Of a stretch of DNA of 64,000 bases, positions 33,506 to 42,895 are shown piece after piece. The notes under the pieces are model-generated. The model did not search any database, was not told the DNA's origin, and saw nothing but the letters and a program-made list of their open reading frames with translations. The stretch lies in contig CAYUAX010000002.1 of NCBI GenBank assembly GCA_964442845.1, positions 14,360 through 78,359 of the forward strand. Direction: 5' to 3'. Source of the DNA: an uncultured Bifidobacteriaceae bacterium (lineage in GTDB: Bacteria; Acidobacteriota; Vicinamibacteria; Vicinamibacterales; UBA2999). Made by a program: the position numbers and the translations under genes. Position 1 is the first letter of the stretch. Every line of letters begins with the position of its first letter.

Positions 33506-35485
33506 CTACTTCGCGGCCGTCGCGGTGCCGCCCATCCGCCAGTCCCAGTGGCGGGCCGCCGCCGCGTGGATGGCCGGGAGGTCGCCCGTCAGCACATAGC
33601 GGTCGCGCGCCAGCTGCTGCGCCACGGCGTCGATCTTCGCGAGGTACTCGGCGCGGCTCGCATAGCGCTCCTCGATCGACAGCCGCGGATCGCCGCTGCG
33701 GGTCCGATCGGCCTTCGTCACGGCGAACGGCAGGTAGCCGCCGGCGTTGACCATCAGGGTGTGCGGAGCGCCGATGCGGGCGCTGCGGAACAGCCAGCCG
33801 GTCATCGTGCCGAGCGGCACGGCCTGCTCCGGCAGGCGGATGCCGCCGGTCTCGTTGCCGTCGGCGTCGACCTGCGAGAGCAGGAACGGCATCGGCGATT
33901 CCGGCGTGTCGACGTCACGGCGGTAGCCGCCCGGCACCTGCGTCGGCCACTGGACGCCCGGCACGGCCGGAAACCTCAGCTGGTGGTGGTGGACCATCGT
34001 GCCGTCGGCGAAGCGTGGATGGCTGCTGGGCGGCGGCTCGACGCCCTGGCGCGTCCACTTGTCGAGCGCGTCCATGAGCGCGCGCTCCGCCCAGCCGTAG
34101 TCGAGCGGGTTGTCGGCCATCTGCCCACCGCCCTGCCGCGCCGGCACGCTGCCGGCGCCGTGCTTCGAACCCGCCACGTAGTAGACGCGCACGTTCGGCG
34201 CGTCGGGCAGATCGGCGGTGCCGTCCACCGAGGCGTGGCGCAACGCGCCGAGACGGCCCTTGTCCCAGTATTCCGAGCCGGTGTCGAAGGTGACGATCTT
34301 GGGCTCGAGGCCCGCGGGGATGCGCGCGCCGAGGCCGTCGCGCTTGCCGGTGACCGGATCGACGGTCATCTGGTACTGGAAGGGGAACTGCGTCTCGGTG
34401 AAGACGCCGAGCGAGTTCACCAGCGCAAAGCGCTCGTTGAACCGCGCCATGCTGGCGCCGCCGGTCTTGATGAACGCGGCGTCGAACACCTTGCGGCCCT
34501 GCTCGTCGATGGTGAAGCCCTCGTAGATGATCTGGCGCAGCGTGCGGCCGGTCTGCGAGACGCCGTACATGTAGGCGAGTCGGCCCGGAGCGACGAAGCC
34601 CGGCTGGTACTTCATGGCCGCCGCCAGGTCGCGCACCGCGGCGAGCCCGACGCCGGCCACCGGCGGGTTCTGCGACTCGAAGGCCAGCTCGTAGGTGAGG
34701 CCCGGTGCGAAGCCGCCGTCGAGCGTGACGTAGTTGGGGTCGGCGACGAAGCGGCCGTCGACCGTACGGCCGAATCGCCACGACGAGCGCGGCAGCAGCC
34801 GCCGCGCCGCGAACATGCCCTCGCGGGCCGTCAGCCGATACTCGGGGTTCTCGAGATCGATGGGCAGATAGCCCTTGGTGGCGTTGCCGCCGGTCCAGTG
34901 GAACGACGGCGCCGCCTGATCGGGCACGAACCACTCGCGCAGCCAGCCGCGCACCGGCTTGCCGTTGTCGGCCGGGATCGGCGCCTGGACGCCGATCAGC
35001 GCCTCGGGCACGTCGAACTGCCAGCCGACCGCCACGAGCGTGTAACCGGCGTGGAGCAGCGAGGCGTCGCCGAAGTGCGCGCGTTGGGTCGGGTCGTCGG
35101 CCGCGGCGGCGTCGCTGAACGTGCTCAGCAGCCGGAAACGGCCGCGGTTGACGACGTCGAAGAACACCACGCCGTTGCCGCGGGCCGGGTCCTTGGGCTT
35201 GAGGATGAAGACGTCGGACGTGAAGGCGACGCGGCCATCCGGGCCGCGCGGCGCCAGGGCCAGGTCGGCGATGACCTGGTTGCGCGGCAGCGCCGGGTCG
35301 AGCGCGAAGTGCGCCGTGCCCCAGATCTTCTCGTAGGCGCCCACGGCGCCGAAGGCTTCGCCGTTCAGCACGTCGGCGCGCGAGCGGATCTCCAGCCGGA
35401 CCAGTTCGGCGCCGGCCAGCGCCGGCAACATGAGGACGCACGCGATCACCCCGGCCAGACCGCGTCCAGCAGACGTTCCAGGCAT
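33506..35485 (-). CDS. secreted alpha/beta-hydrolase-like protein (function unknown)
   Basis: ATG checked at 35485 (MPGTSAGRGLAGVIACVLMLPALAGAE). 659 aa. Possible nucleophile elbow in YGVSQTGR. The upstream part of track ORF 33506..36007 is read-through. Confidence 0.7.
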   Translation of the reverse strand: MPGTSAGRGLAGVIACVLMLPALAGAELVRLEIRSRADVLNGEAFGAVGAYEKIWGTAHFALDPALPRNQVIADLALAPRGPDGRVAFTSDVFILKPKDPARGNGVVFFDVVNRGRFRLLSTFSDAAAADDPTQRAHFGDASLLHAGYTLVAVGWQFDVPEALIGVQAPIPADNGKPVRGWLREWFVPDQAAPSFHWTGGNATKGYLPIDLENPEYRLTAREGMFAARRLLPRSSWRFGRTVDGRFVADPNYVTLDGGFAPGLTYELAFESQNPPVAGVGLAAVRDLAAAMKYQPGFVAPGRLAYMYGVSQTGRTLRQIIYEGFTIDEQGRKVFDAAFIKTGGASMARFNERFALVNSLGVFTETQFPFQYQMTVDPVTGKRDGLGARIPAGLEPKIVTFDTGSEYWDKGRLGALRHASVDGTADLPDAPNVRVYYVAGSKHGAGSVPARQGGGQMADNPLDYGWAERALMDALDKWTRQGVEPPPSSHPRFADGTMVHHHQLRFPAVPGVQWPTQVPGGYRRDVDTPESPMPFLLSQVDADGNETGGIRLPEQAVPLGTMTGWLFRSARIGAPHTLMVNAGGYLPFAVTKADRTRSGDPRLSIEERYASRAEYLAKIDAVAQQLARDRYVLTGDLPAIHAAAARHWDWRMGGTATAAK

Positions 35486-35647
35486 TCCCGCCTCCCGTCG
35501 CGGCGCCCACCGGGCAGCCGGCGTCGCGACCCGCCCACGGTAGTGACCCGCCGGCGGCCTGTCAATCACCCGCCGGGCGCGCGGTCGGCCGGCCGTATAA
35601 TCCGCGGCGCTGAGGCACCGCGGAGCGGGCCTGAACGGGGGACGACC

Positions 35648-36559
35648 ATGAGTGTGAACCGTCGCGAGTTCGTCACGGCCTCGACACTGGCTGCGGTGGC
35701 CGGTGCGGTGCCGGCCAGTCTGGCCGCGCAGGCGCCGGCGGCGCCGCCGGCCCCAGCCGTCTTCACGCCGCTGCGCCGCAACGTCGGCATCTTCAACCAG
35801 CGCGGCGGCACCATCGGCTGGCTGGTCAGCCCCGACGGCCTGCTGGTCGTGGACACGCAGTTCGCCGACACCGCGCCGAACCTGCTGGCCGGGCTCAAGG
35901 AACGCAGCCCGCGCCAGATCGACGTCCTCATCAACAGCCACCACCACCCGGACCACACCGGCGGCAACGGCGTGCTGCGGCCGGCGGCGAAGCAAATCGT
36001 CGCCCACGTGCGCTCAGCCGAGAACCAGAAGGCCCAGGCCGAGCGGATGAAGGCAGCGACGACGCTGCCCGATGTCACCTTCCCGGCCACCTGGAGCGTG
36101 AAGCTCGGCGACGAGACGATCAGCGCCCGGCACTGGGGCCCGGCGCACACCGGCGGCGACGTCTCGATCCACTTCGAGCAGGCCAACATCGTCCACCTGG
36201 GCGACCTGCTGAACAACCGCGGCTATCCCAACGTGGACGCGCCGGCCGGTGCGTCGGTGCACGGCTGGATCCAGGTGCTCGAGAAGATCGCCTCGGCGTT
36301 CCCCGCCGATGCGCTCTACGTCTTCGGCCACGCCGAGGCCGGCCACCCGTTCATCGGCACCCGCACGGATCTGCACTACCAGCGCGACTACTTCGCGGCG
36401 GTGATCGAGATGGCCCGCGCCGCCCGCAAGCAAGGCAAGGCCAAGGAGGAACTGGCCAAGGTCGAGGTGTTGCCGAAGTTCGAGCACTTCGGCGGTCAGA
36501 AGCCGCGCCTGGGCCTGGCCCTGACCATCGCCTACGACGAGCTGGCCGCGCGCGGCTGA
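35648..36559 (+). CDS. MBL-fold metallo-hydrolase with Tat signal
   Basis: ATG checked at 35648. MSVNRREFVTASTLAAVAG (twin-arginine). INSHHHPDHTGG (HxHxDH). Confidence 0.9.
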   Translation: MSVNRREFVTASTLAAVAGAVPASLAAQAPAAPPAPAVFTPLRRNVGIFNQRGGTIGWLVSPDGLLVVDTQFADTAPNLLAGLKERSPRQIDVLINSHHHPDHTGGNGVLRPAAKQIVAHVRSAENQKAQAERMKAATTLPDVTFPATWSVKLGDETISARHWGPAHTGGDVSIHFEQANIVHLGDLLNNRGYPNVDAPAGASVHGWIQVLEKIASAFPADALYVFGHAEAGHPFIGTRTDLHYQRDYFAAVIEMARAARKQGKAKEELAKVEVLPKFEHFGGQKPRLGLALTIAYDELAARG

Positions 36560-36664
36560 GCACCGGCGCGGGCCTGAACCACTCCGCCCGCGGCTTCCGC
36601 TTCCCTGATCAGGCACCCACACCGGCCCGCCGGGCCGAAGCGACGGTGTCGTGGAGGGACGCGC

Positions 36665-37714
36665 ATGTTCGCACGACGGGTTCTCGGCGGCACCGCCGCC
36701 ATCGCGGTCACGATTCTGCACGCCGTCGCCGGGCCGGCCGCGGCGCAGAACGTCTTCGGCACGCACAGCTGGCAGATGCGGCCGTACTGCAACGTGGTGA
36801 CGCTCACCCTGTCGCCGTCGGCGTCGGGCGCGGCGATCCAGGGCGTGGACGACCTGTGCGGGGCCCCGGACAAGGGCAGCGCGGTCGGCATGGCCACGAC
36901 CAACGCCGCCGGCAACGTCACGCTGAACTTCACGATCGTGACGGCGCCCGATGCCCGGCCGGTGCACGTGACCGCCGTCGTCAACCTGCGCAACGGCAAC
37001 GGCAGCTGGGTGGACAGCGGCGGCAGCACCGGCACCATGGCCTACGGCGGCGCCACGTCCCGCCTGCCGCCGCGGCCGGTGCCGACCACCGAGCTGGGCC
37101 CCAACGTCATCACGACGCTCGAACTCGCGCCAGGCGCCGTGGGCAGCGCCGACATCGACCCCACCCAGGTGCAGTCGCGGGTGAGCGGCTCGTGCGCGGC
37201 CGGACAGGCCATGACCGGCATCAACGCCAACGGCACGGTGACGTGCGCGTCGATCACCGGCGGGGGTGGCGGACAGACGGTGGCGTTCAAGGCCGGCGGC
37301 CATCTGCAGAACGCCGGGACCTATCTGCCGTACGCGCAGTACACGGACGTGGTCTGGAACAGCGTGCGGTTCAACACCGGCGGCGGCGCGTTCACGGCGC
37401 CCGGTACGACCTACACCGTGCCCTCGAGCGGTCTCTACCTGCTCACCGCCGTGGTCCGCGTGCTCGGCTACCAGACTTCTGGTTCCTATTGCGGCGGCTT
37501 CCGAGTGAACGGCACGGTCGTCGGCCTGACGTGCAACAAGTACATCGCCAGTGCCTCGGTGGACACCGACGACGTGTCGCTCTCGACCACCGCGCAGCTC
37601 ACCGCCGGCGACACCGTGACCGTGAGTGTGATCCCGCTGATTCCTGGCAACGGCCTCGTCATCACCGGCAGCAACCAGGCCGAAGCGAACTTCACCGTGA
37701 CCAAGCTGCAGTAA
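36665..37714 (+). CDS. secreted protein with C-terminal C1q/TNF-like jelly-roll domain (putative)
   Basis: Signal peptide. Central SGSCAAGQAMTGINANGTVTC motif. The C-terminal ~130 aa (FKAGGH...GAFTAPGTTYTVPSSGLYLL...LTAGDTVTVSV) follows the C1q-like pattern. Confidence 0.6.
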   Translation: MFARRVLGGTAAIAVTILHAVAGPAAAQNVFGTHSWQMRPYCNVVTLTLSPSASGAAIQGVDDLCGAPDKGSAVGMATTNAAGNVTLNFTIVTAPDARPVHVTAVVNLRNGNGSWVDSGGSTGTMAYGGATSRLPPRPVPTTELGPNVITTLELAPGAVGSADIDPTQVQSRVSGSCAAGQAMTGINANGTVTCASITGGGGGQTVAFKAGGHLQNAGTYLPYAQYTDVVWNSVRFNTGGGAFTAPGTTYTVPSSGLYLLTAVVRVLGYQTSGSYCGGFRVNGTVVGLTCNKYIASASVDTDDVSLSTTAQLTAGDTVTVSVIPLIPGNGLVITGSNQAEANFTVTKLQ

Positions 37715-37755
37715 GACCGTCGGATGTGCCAGCATGTGGGCCGGCCCCGGCCCGC

Positions 37756-38334
37756 ATGTCCACGTCTGACGATCTCACGCAGCTGCTCCACGAGTGGTCC
37801 ACCGGCGATCCGCAGGCGCTGCCGCGCCTGATGGAGCTGGTCTATCCGGAACTGCACCGCATCGCCGCGCGGCACCTGAGCCGCGAGCGCGGCGGCCACA
37901 CCTTGCAGCCGACTGCGCTGGTGAACGAGGCCTATCTGCGCTTCGCGCAACAGGCGCCGGGCAAGGCGTGGACCGATCGCACGCACTTCTTCGCGGTGGC
38001 GGCGCGAATCGTCCGCGCCGTGCTCGTCGATCACGCCCGCGCCCGCGATGCCGTCAAGCGCGGCGACGGCGCCCGGCGCACCGACTTCCCCGCGGCGCTG
38101 GCGATGGCCGGCGCGACGCCGGTGGATCTCCTCGATCTCGACGTCGCCCTGACGGAGCTCGAAGCCATGAACGCCGAGCACTGCCGCATCCTCGAACTGC
38201 GCTATTTCGCGGGGCTGTCGATCGAGGAGACGGCAGCGGCCCTCGGCGTGTCCGACTCGACGGTGAAGCGCGGCTGGCTCGCCGCCAAGACCTTCGTTCG
38301 CCGCCGGCTCGACGGCGCCACCGGCGGCGCATGA
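37756..38334 (+). CDS. ECF-type sigma-70 family factor (kinase-associated type)
   Basis: ATG checked at 37756. TQLLHEWSTGDPQALPRLMELVYPELHRIAARHL is typical of the TIGR02999-like ECF clade. Region 4 is ILELRYFAGLSIEETAAALGVSDSTVKRGW. The stop overlaps the kinase start (ATGA). Confidence 0.9.
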   Translation: MSTSDDLTQLLHEWSTGDPQALPRLMELVYPELHRIAARHLSRERGGHTLQPTALVNEAYLRFAQQAPGKAWTDRTHFFAVAARIVRAVLVDHARARDAVKRGDGARRTDFPAALAMAGATPVDLLDLDVALTELEAMNAEHCRILELRYFAGLSIEETAAALGVSDSTVKRGWLAAKTFVRRRLDGATGGA

Positions 38335-40955
38335 CGCCCGAGCGCTGGGCCCGGCTCGCCGAGCTGTTCGACCTCGCCTGCCAGCAGCCGGCCGCGGCCC
38401 GCGAGGCGTGGCTCGCCGCCGCCACCGATGACGAGGGCTTGCGCGCCGAGCTGCGGGCGATGCTCGCCGCCTACGAGCGCGATCCGTCGTTCCTCGAGGA
38501 CGCCGCCGATCCCGGACTCGCCGTCGGCGAAGCCGTGGCCGGCGCCCTCGCCGGGCGCCGCCTGGGCGCCTGGCGGCTGACGCGGCAGATCGGCCGCGGC
38601 GGCATGGGCGTGGTCTACGAAGCCGTGCGCGACGACCGCGCCTTCGACCGCCGCGTCGCCGTGAAGATCCTGCCGGCGTGGCGCGTCGATGCGTTGGCCG
38701 AGCGGTTCCGGGTCGAGCGCCGCCTGCTCGGCGGGCTCGACCATCCCGGCATCGCCCGGCTGCTCGACGCCGGCAGCAGCGACGACGGGGTGCCGTACTG
38801 CGTGATGGAGTTCGTCGACGGCGCGCCGATCGACGAGTGGTGCCGGACCCGGCAGCTCGACGTGCGCGCCAGGGTCGCGCTGATGGAGGGCGTCTGCGCC
38901 GCCGTCGCCTACGCGCACGCGCACCTGGTCGTCCACCGCGACCTCAAACCCTCCAACATCCTCGTCGCCGCCGACGGCCAGCCCAAGCTGCTCGACTTCG
39001 GCATCGCCACGCTGCTCGACGCCGACAGCGGCGAGGCGGTGAGCACGACCCGCACTGGATTCACCAGCTTCACGCCCGAGTTCGCCAGTCCGGAACAGAT
39101 GCGCGGCGAACGGGTGACCACGGCGACCGACGTCTATTCCCTGGGCGTGCTCCTCTACCTGCTGCTCGCCGACCAGCGGCCCTACGACCTGCGCGGGCTG
39201 ACCGCGGCCGAGGCGCTGCAGGTCGTGTGCGAGCGGGAACCGGCGGCGCCCAGCGCCGTCGCACCCGTCGCGGCGCGGGCGCGGCTGCGCGGCGATCTCG
39301 ACGTCATCGTCGGCAAGGCCCTGCGCAAGGACGCCGGCGATCGCTATGCCGGCGTGAGCGCGCTGGCCGCGGATCTCCAGGCGTGGCGCGAGCGGCGGCC
39401 GATTGCCGCGGCGCCGGCCACCTGGGCCGATCGGGCGTCGCGCTTCGTGCGGCGCAACGCCGCCGCCGTGGCGGCGGCCGCGGTGGTGGCCGTGGCCGTG
39501 CTGGCCGGCACCGCGGCCACGGCGTGGCAGGCGCGCATCGCCGAGCGGGAGCGGGCGCGCGCCGACGCCCGCTTCAACGACGTCCGCCGGCTGGCCAATG
39601 CCGTCGTCGGGCCGCTCTACGATGCCATCGCCAAGGTGCCGGGATCGACGGAAGCGCGCCAGCTGCTGGTGCGCGAGGCGCTCACCTACCTCGACCGCCT
39701 CTCGGCCCAGGCCGGTGACGACGTCGCGCTGGCCAGCGAACTCGCCGACGCCTACGAGAAGATCGGCGACGTCCAGGGCAACCTCTACGGCCCCAACCTG
39801 GGGGACGCGGCCGGGGCCAAGACCAGCTACGCGCGGCTGATCGCATTGCGGCGCGCCGTGGACGCCGCCCGCCCGGGTGATGCCGCCGCACGCGCCGGCC
39901 TGGCCAACGCCGAGATCCGGCTCGCCGACATGGCGCTCGGCGAGAGCCGCTATGCCGACGCCGCGGCCGGTTACCAGCGGGCGGTGGACATTCTGGGCGC
40001 CGCCGCCACCACGGCGCCAAACGACGGGCAGGCGGTGATCGCCGGGCGGGCGCACGGTCGTCTCGGCGTGGCGCTCAACTGGGCCGGCCGCCGGGCCGAG
40101 GCGACCGCGTCGTTCGAACGCGCTCGGCGGGTGGTCGAGCCGTGGGCGGCACGACCGGACGCCTCGCCGCAGGTGCGGTTCGAGTTGATGAGCACGCTCG
40201 GCAACGCCGGCGACGTCCATTACCTCGAGGAGCGATTCGCGCCGGCCCTGGAGTCGTACGAGGCAGCGCTGGCGATGGCGCGCGCGGCCGCGGCGCGAAC
40301 CCCCACGGCGCCGGCGCGGCGAAGCGTCCATCTCATCGCCACTCGCGTGGCCGCGGCGATGCAGGAGCTGGGCCGGTTCGACGACGCAGCCGCGCTGGCC
40401 GCCGAGGCGGTGGCCATTCAGCGGGAGTTGGCGGTGGCCGACGCGAAGAACGTGCGGCTCCAGTTCGACCTCGCGGCCTCGATGCAGGGCCAGGCGGTGA
40501 TCGAGTTCAGGCGGCGGCGGTTCGAGGCGGCGGCCGGCTTGCTGCGCGAGTCGCTGACGCTGTTCGACGCCGGCCTGGCGGCGAGTCCCGAAAGCCGCGA
40601 GCAGCGCTTCAACTACGCCCAGACCCTGGCGTGGCAGGGACGGGTCGAGGCCGCTCGCGGCCGCCCGCGGGACGGGGTGGCGGCGCTGCAGCGCGCCGTC
40701 GCCATCTACGCCGAACCCGAGGTGAGTGCGCGCAAGCCGAGTGAGCGCTTCGAGGTGACGCTGTGGCTCGGTGACGCCTTGGCGGCGTCGGCCCGTGCCG
40801 GCGGCGGAGAGCCGGCGCGTCGCCAGGCGCTGGCGGCCTACGCCGCCGCGCGTGACGGACTGGCGGCGCTGGTGGCGTCTGGACAGCCCGAGCCCCGTCT
40901 CGCCGAATTGCAGCGTGCCGTCGAGGCCAGCCGCGTCGCGCTCGACCGGCGGTGA
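38331..40955 (+). CDS. Ser/Thr protein kinase with TM helix and ~430-aa TPR-like C-terminal domain
   Basis: GRGGMGVVYEA, VAVKIL, HRDLKPSNILV, DFGIA and SPEQ. TM segment AAVAAAAVVAVAVLAGTAATAW. Alanine-rich helical repeats to the end. Confidence 0.93.
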   Translation: MTPERWARLAELFDLACQQPAAAREAWLAAATDDEGLRAELRAMLAAYERDPSFLEDAADPGLAVGEAVAGALAGRRLGAWRLTRQIGRGGMGVVYEAVRDDRAFDRRVAVKILPAWRVDALAERFRVERRLLGGLDHPGIARLLDAGSSDDGVPYCVMEFVDGAPIDEWCRTRQLDVRARVALMEGVCAAVAYAHAHLVVHRDLKPSNILVAADGQPKLLDFGIATLLDADSGEAVSTTRTGFTSFTPEFASPEQMRGERVTTATDVYSLGVLLYLLLADQRPYDLRGLTAAEALQVVCEREPAAPSAVAPVAARARLRGDLDVIVGKALRKDAGDRYAGVSALAADLQAWRERRPIAAAPATWADRASRFVRRNAAAVAAAAVVAVAVLAGTAATAWQARIAERERARADARFNDVRRLANAVVGPLYDAIAKVPGSTEARQLLVREALTYLDRLSAQAGDDVALASELADAYEKIGDVQGNLYGPNLGDAAGAKTSYARLIALRRAVDAARPGDAAARAGLANAEIRLADMALGESRYADAAAGYQRAVDILGAAATTAPNDGQAVIAGRAHGRLGVALNWAGRRAEATASFERARRVVEPWAARPDASPQVRFELMSTLGNAGDVHYLEERFAPALESYEAALAMARAAAARTPTAPARRSVHLIATRVAAAMQELGRFDDAAALAAEAVAIQRELAVADAKNVRLQFDLAASMQGQAVIEFRRRRFEAAAGLLRESLTLFDAGLAASPESREQRFNYAQTLAWQGRVEAARGRPRDGVAALQRAVAIYAEPEVSARKPSERFEVTLWLGDALAASARAGGGEPARRQALAAYAAARDGLAALVASGQPEPRLAELQRAVEASRVALDRR

Positions 40956-41650
40956 CGTCGGGCGAGCGCGAACAATCGCCTACGATGGTCGAGATGCCGA
41001 CCCCTGCGCCGCCCGGGACCGCGATCGGCCGGGGCGCCCTGATCGCCACGCTTGCCCTGCTGTCGGGCTGCGGCGAGGCCGGCCCGTCGCTCGCCGAACG
41101 CGCCGCCGCGGCCCGCGCCGCCCAGGAGGCCGCCGATGCCGCGGCGCGCGAGGCGAGCCGGGCGCGGTCGGAAGCCGGGCGTCTCGCGGCGCTGTGGCGT
41201 TACCAGGACGCCACCGTCGGCGGCGGCGCCCAGAAGACCGCGGCGATCGTCGCCACGGGCGACGTCGATGTCGACGGCCAGGGTGCGAAACCGGTGCAAC
41301 TCGTGTTTCGCGACCACGCGAAGTGGGGCCGCAGCAGCTACCTGGTGCTGCAGACCGGCGACTTCGCCTGCCGGCCGCGCTGCACGGTGTCGGTCGCAGC
41401 CGACGATCGGCCGCCGGTGAAGATGGCGGCGCGACGCCCCAACACCGACGAGGCCATCGCGATGTTCATCGACGACGCCGCGGCGCTGTGGCGCCTGGCC
41501 GGCGCCGCCACGCGGCTGGTCATCGCCTTCCCGGTGACGGCGGGTGGCACGCGCACGGCCGCTTTCGAGGTGTCGGGCCTCGACACGGCGCAGCTGCCCG
41601 GCTGGGGCGGCATCGCCGCCGGCTGGACGGACCCGCCAGGCAGACCCTGA
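40952..41650 (+). CDS. lipoprotein of unknown function
   Basis: Lipobox LALLSGC. The GTG at 40952 overlaps the kinase stop (GTGA); an alternative ATG lies at 40985. Confidence 0.65.
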   Translation: MTSGEREQSPTMVEMPTPAPPGTAIGRGALIATLALLSGCGEAGPSLAERAAAARAAQEAADAAAREASRARSEAGRLAALWRYQDATVGGGAQKTAAIVATGDVDVDGQGAKPVQLVFRDHAKWGRSSYLVLQTGDFACRPRCTVSVAADDRPPVKMAARRPNTDEAIAMFIDDAAALWRLAGAATRLVIAFPVTAGGTRTAAFEVSGLDTAQLPGWGGIAAGWTDPPGRP

Positions 41651-41702
41651 TCGGCGCCGTGCCGCGCACGCCGGTGCCGCCGCCGTCGGGGTGGCCGCGA
41701 CG

Positions 41703-41732
41703 TTGACAACCTCGCGTGGCCGTCCCCATACT
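41703..41732 (+). promoter_or_regulatory. sigma-70-like promoter candidate upstream of the S1 protease gene
   Basis: TTGACA (41703-41708), an 18-nt spacer, then CATACT (41727-41732), ~70 nt upstream of the ATG at 41805. Confidence 0.3.
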
Positions 41733-41804
41733 TGCGCCTCCCAGCGTTCCGCGCCGCCGTACCGTTGTCGCTCACGTGAGCCGTAGAGCCGAAGGGACGA
41801 TGCC

Positions 41805-42833
41805 ATGGTGGACACACTGCGAAGGTTTCGCTTGGGGTGGCTGGCGGTCGCGGTCGTCACGTTGACGACGGGCGGGCCGCTCGGGCCCAGGGTGCTCGAC
41901 GCTCAGGGCCCGCTGGACCTCGACGCCCTGCATCGGCGGCTGCTGCCGGTATTCGAAGTGCCCGGCGTCGTGTTCACTGACGCCGATGAAACGCGCGGCC
42001 GCGTCGTCGTCGGCGTGCTCGACCGCGGCGCCGAGGGGCTGGTCCGGGTCGCCGCGGCCCGGCTCGGTGTCGCGGCGCAGGACGTCGACGTCGTGCAGTC
42101 GGAACCGATCTTCCAGGTGGCGACGTTGCGCGACTCGATCCGCCCGGTGGCGGCCGGCGTGCAGATCCGCTTCTCGTCCTACGTGTGCAGCCTCGGGTTC
42201 AACGCCTTCCGCAACGGCGTTCTCGGGTTCGTTACCGCTTCGCATTGCAGCGACCGGCAAGGGACGGTCGATGGCACGAGCTACTATCAGCCCGCGAACC
42301 TGGTGCCGGCGGAGTTCATCGGCACCGAGATCGCGGATCCGGCATATCGCCGCAACTTCGCCGGCTGCCCGCGCGGTCGCGTCTGCCGCTATTCCGATTC
42401 GAATTTCGTCGACGGCGCCGACAATCTCTCCACCGGGTTCGGCCTGATTGCGAAGACCACGGGGCCGAACAATGGGTCGCTCGAGGTGGTCGGGAACTTC
42501 GTCATCGGCGGCGAAGGGGTGGCCCTGGTCGGCCACTCGGCGAACAAGGTGGGGCGGACCACCGGCTGGGGACAAGGCCTGGTGACCCGGACGTGCGCCA
42601 GCACGAGCGTGTCAGGCACCAACATCGTGTTGCTGTGCCAGACGTTCGTGGAGCACGGCTCCGCGGTCATCGTGCAGGGCGGTGACAGCGGCTCGCCGGT
42701 GTTCCGAATCGAGTCGAGCGGCGCGGCGACGCTGCTCGGCAACCTGTGGGGCGCCAATTCAGCGGGCACGCTCTTCGTCTACAGCCCGCTGTCGGGGATC
42801 GAGAACGAGCTGGGCGCCCTTCAAACGCACTGA
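41805..42833 (+). CDS. secreted S1-family (alpha-lytic/streptogrisin-like) serine peptidase
   Basis: TASHC (catalytic His) and GGDSGSP (catalytic Ser), plus an N-terminal pro-region and signal peptide. Confidence 0.88.
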   Translation: MVDTLRRFRLGWLAVAVVTLTTGGPLGPRVLDAQGPLDLDALHRRLLPVFEVPGVVFTDADETRGRVVVGVLDRGAEGLVRVAAARLGVAAQDVDVVQSEPIFQVATLRDSIRPVAAGVQIRFSSYVCSLGFNAFRNGVLGFVTASHCSDRQGTVDGTSYYQPANLVPAEFIGTEIADPAYRRNFAGCPRGRVCRYSDSNFVDGADNLSTGFGLIAKTTGPNNGSLEVVGNFVIGGEGVALVGHSANKVGRTTGWGQGLVTRTCASTSVSGTNIVLLCQTFVEHGSAVIVQGGDSGSPVFRIESSGAATLLGNLWGANSAGTLFVYSPLSGIENELGALQTH

Positions 42834-42848
42834 TCGGCCGGCCGATCA
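42831..42848. terminator. 18-bp perfect palindrome between convergent genes
   Basis: TGATCGGCC|GGCCGATCA includes the protease TGA stop. It can only form a short hairpin, and there is no T-tract. Confidence 0.3.
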
Positions 42849-42895
42849 CCGGCTGTGGCGTCCTCGGAGCTGGCGCGTCTCGAAGCCGCCCGCGG

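Noticed and set aside
28614-36559. GGDEF-EAL, secreted FAH, dihaem cytochrome c, alpha/beta-hydrolase-like and MBL genes as a possible functional system
   Set aside because: Orientations alternate, spacers are ordinary, and there are no overlaps or shared motifs. This looks like a run of unrelated periplasmic and secreted enzymes.
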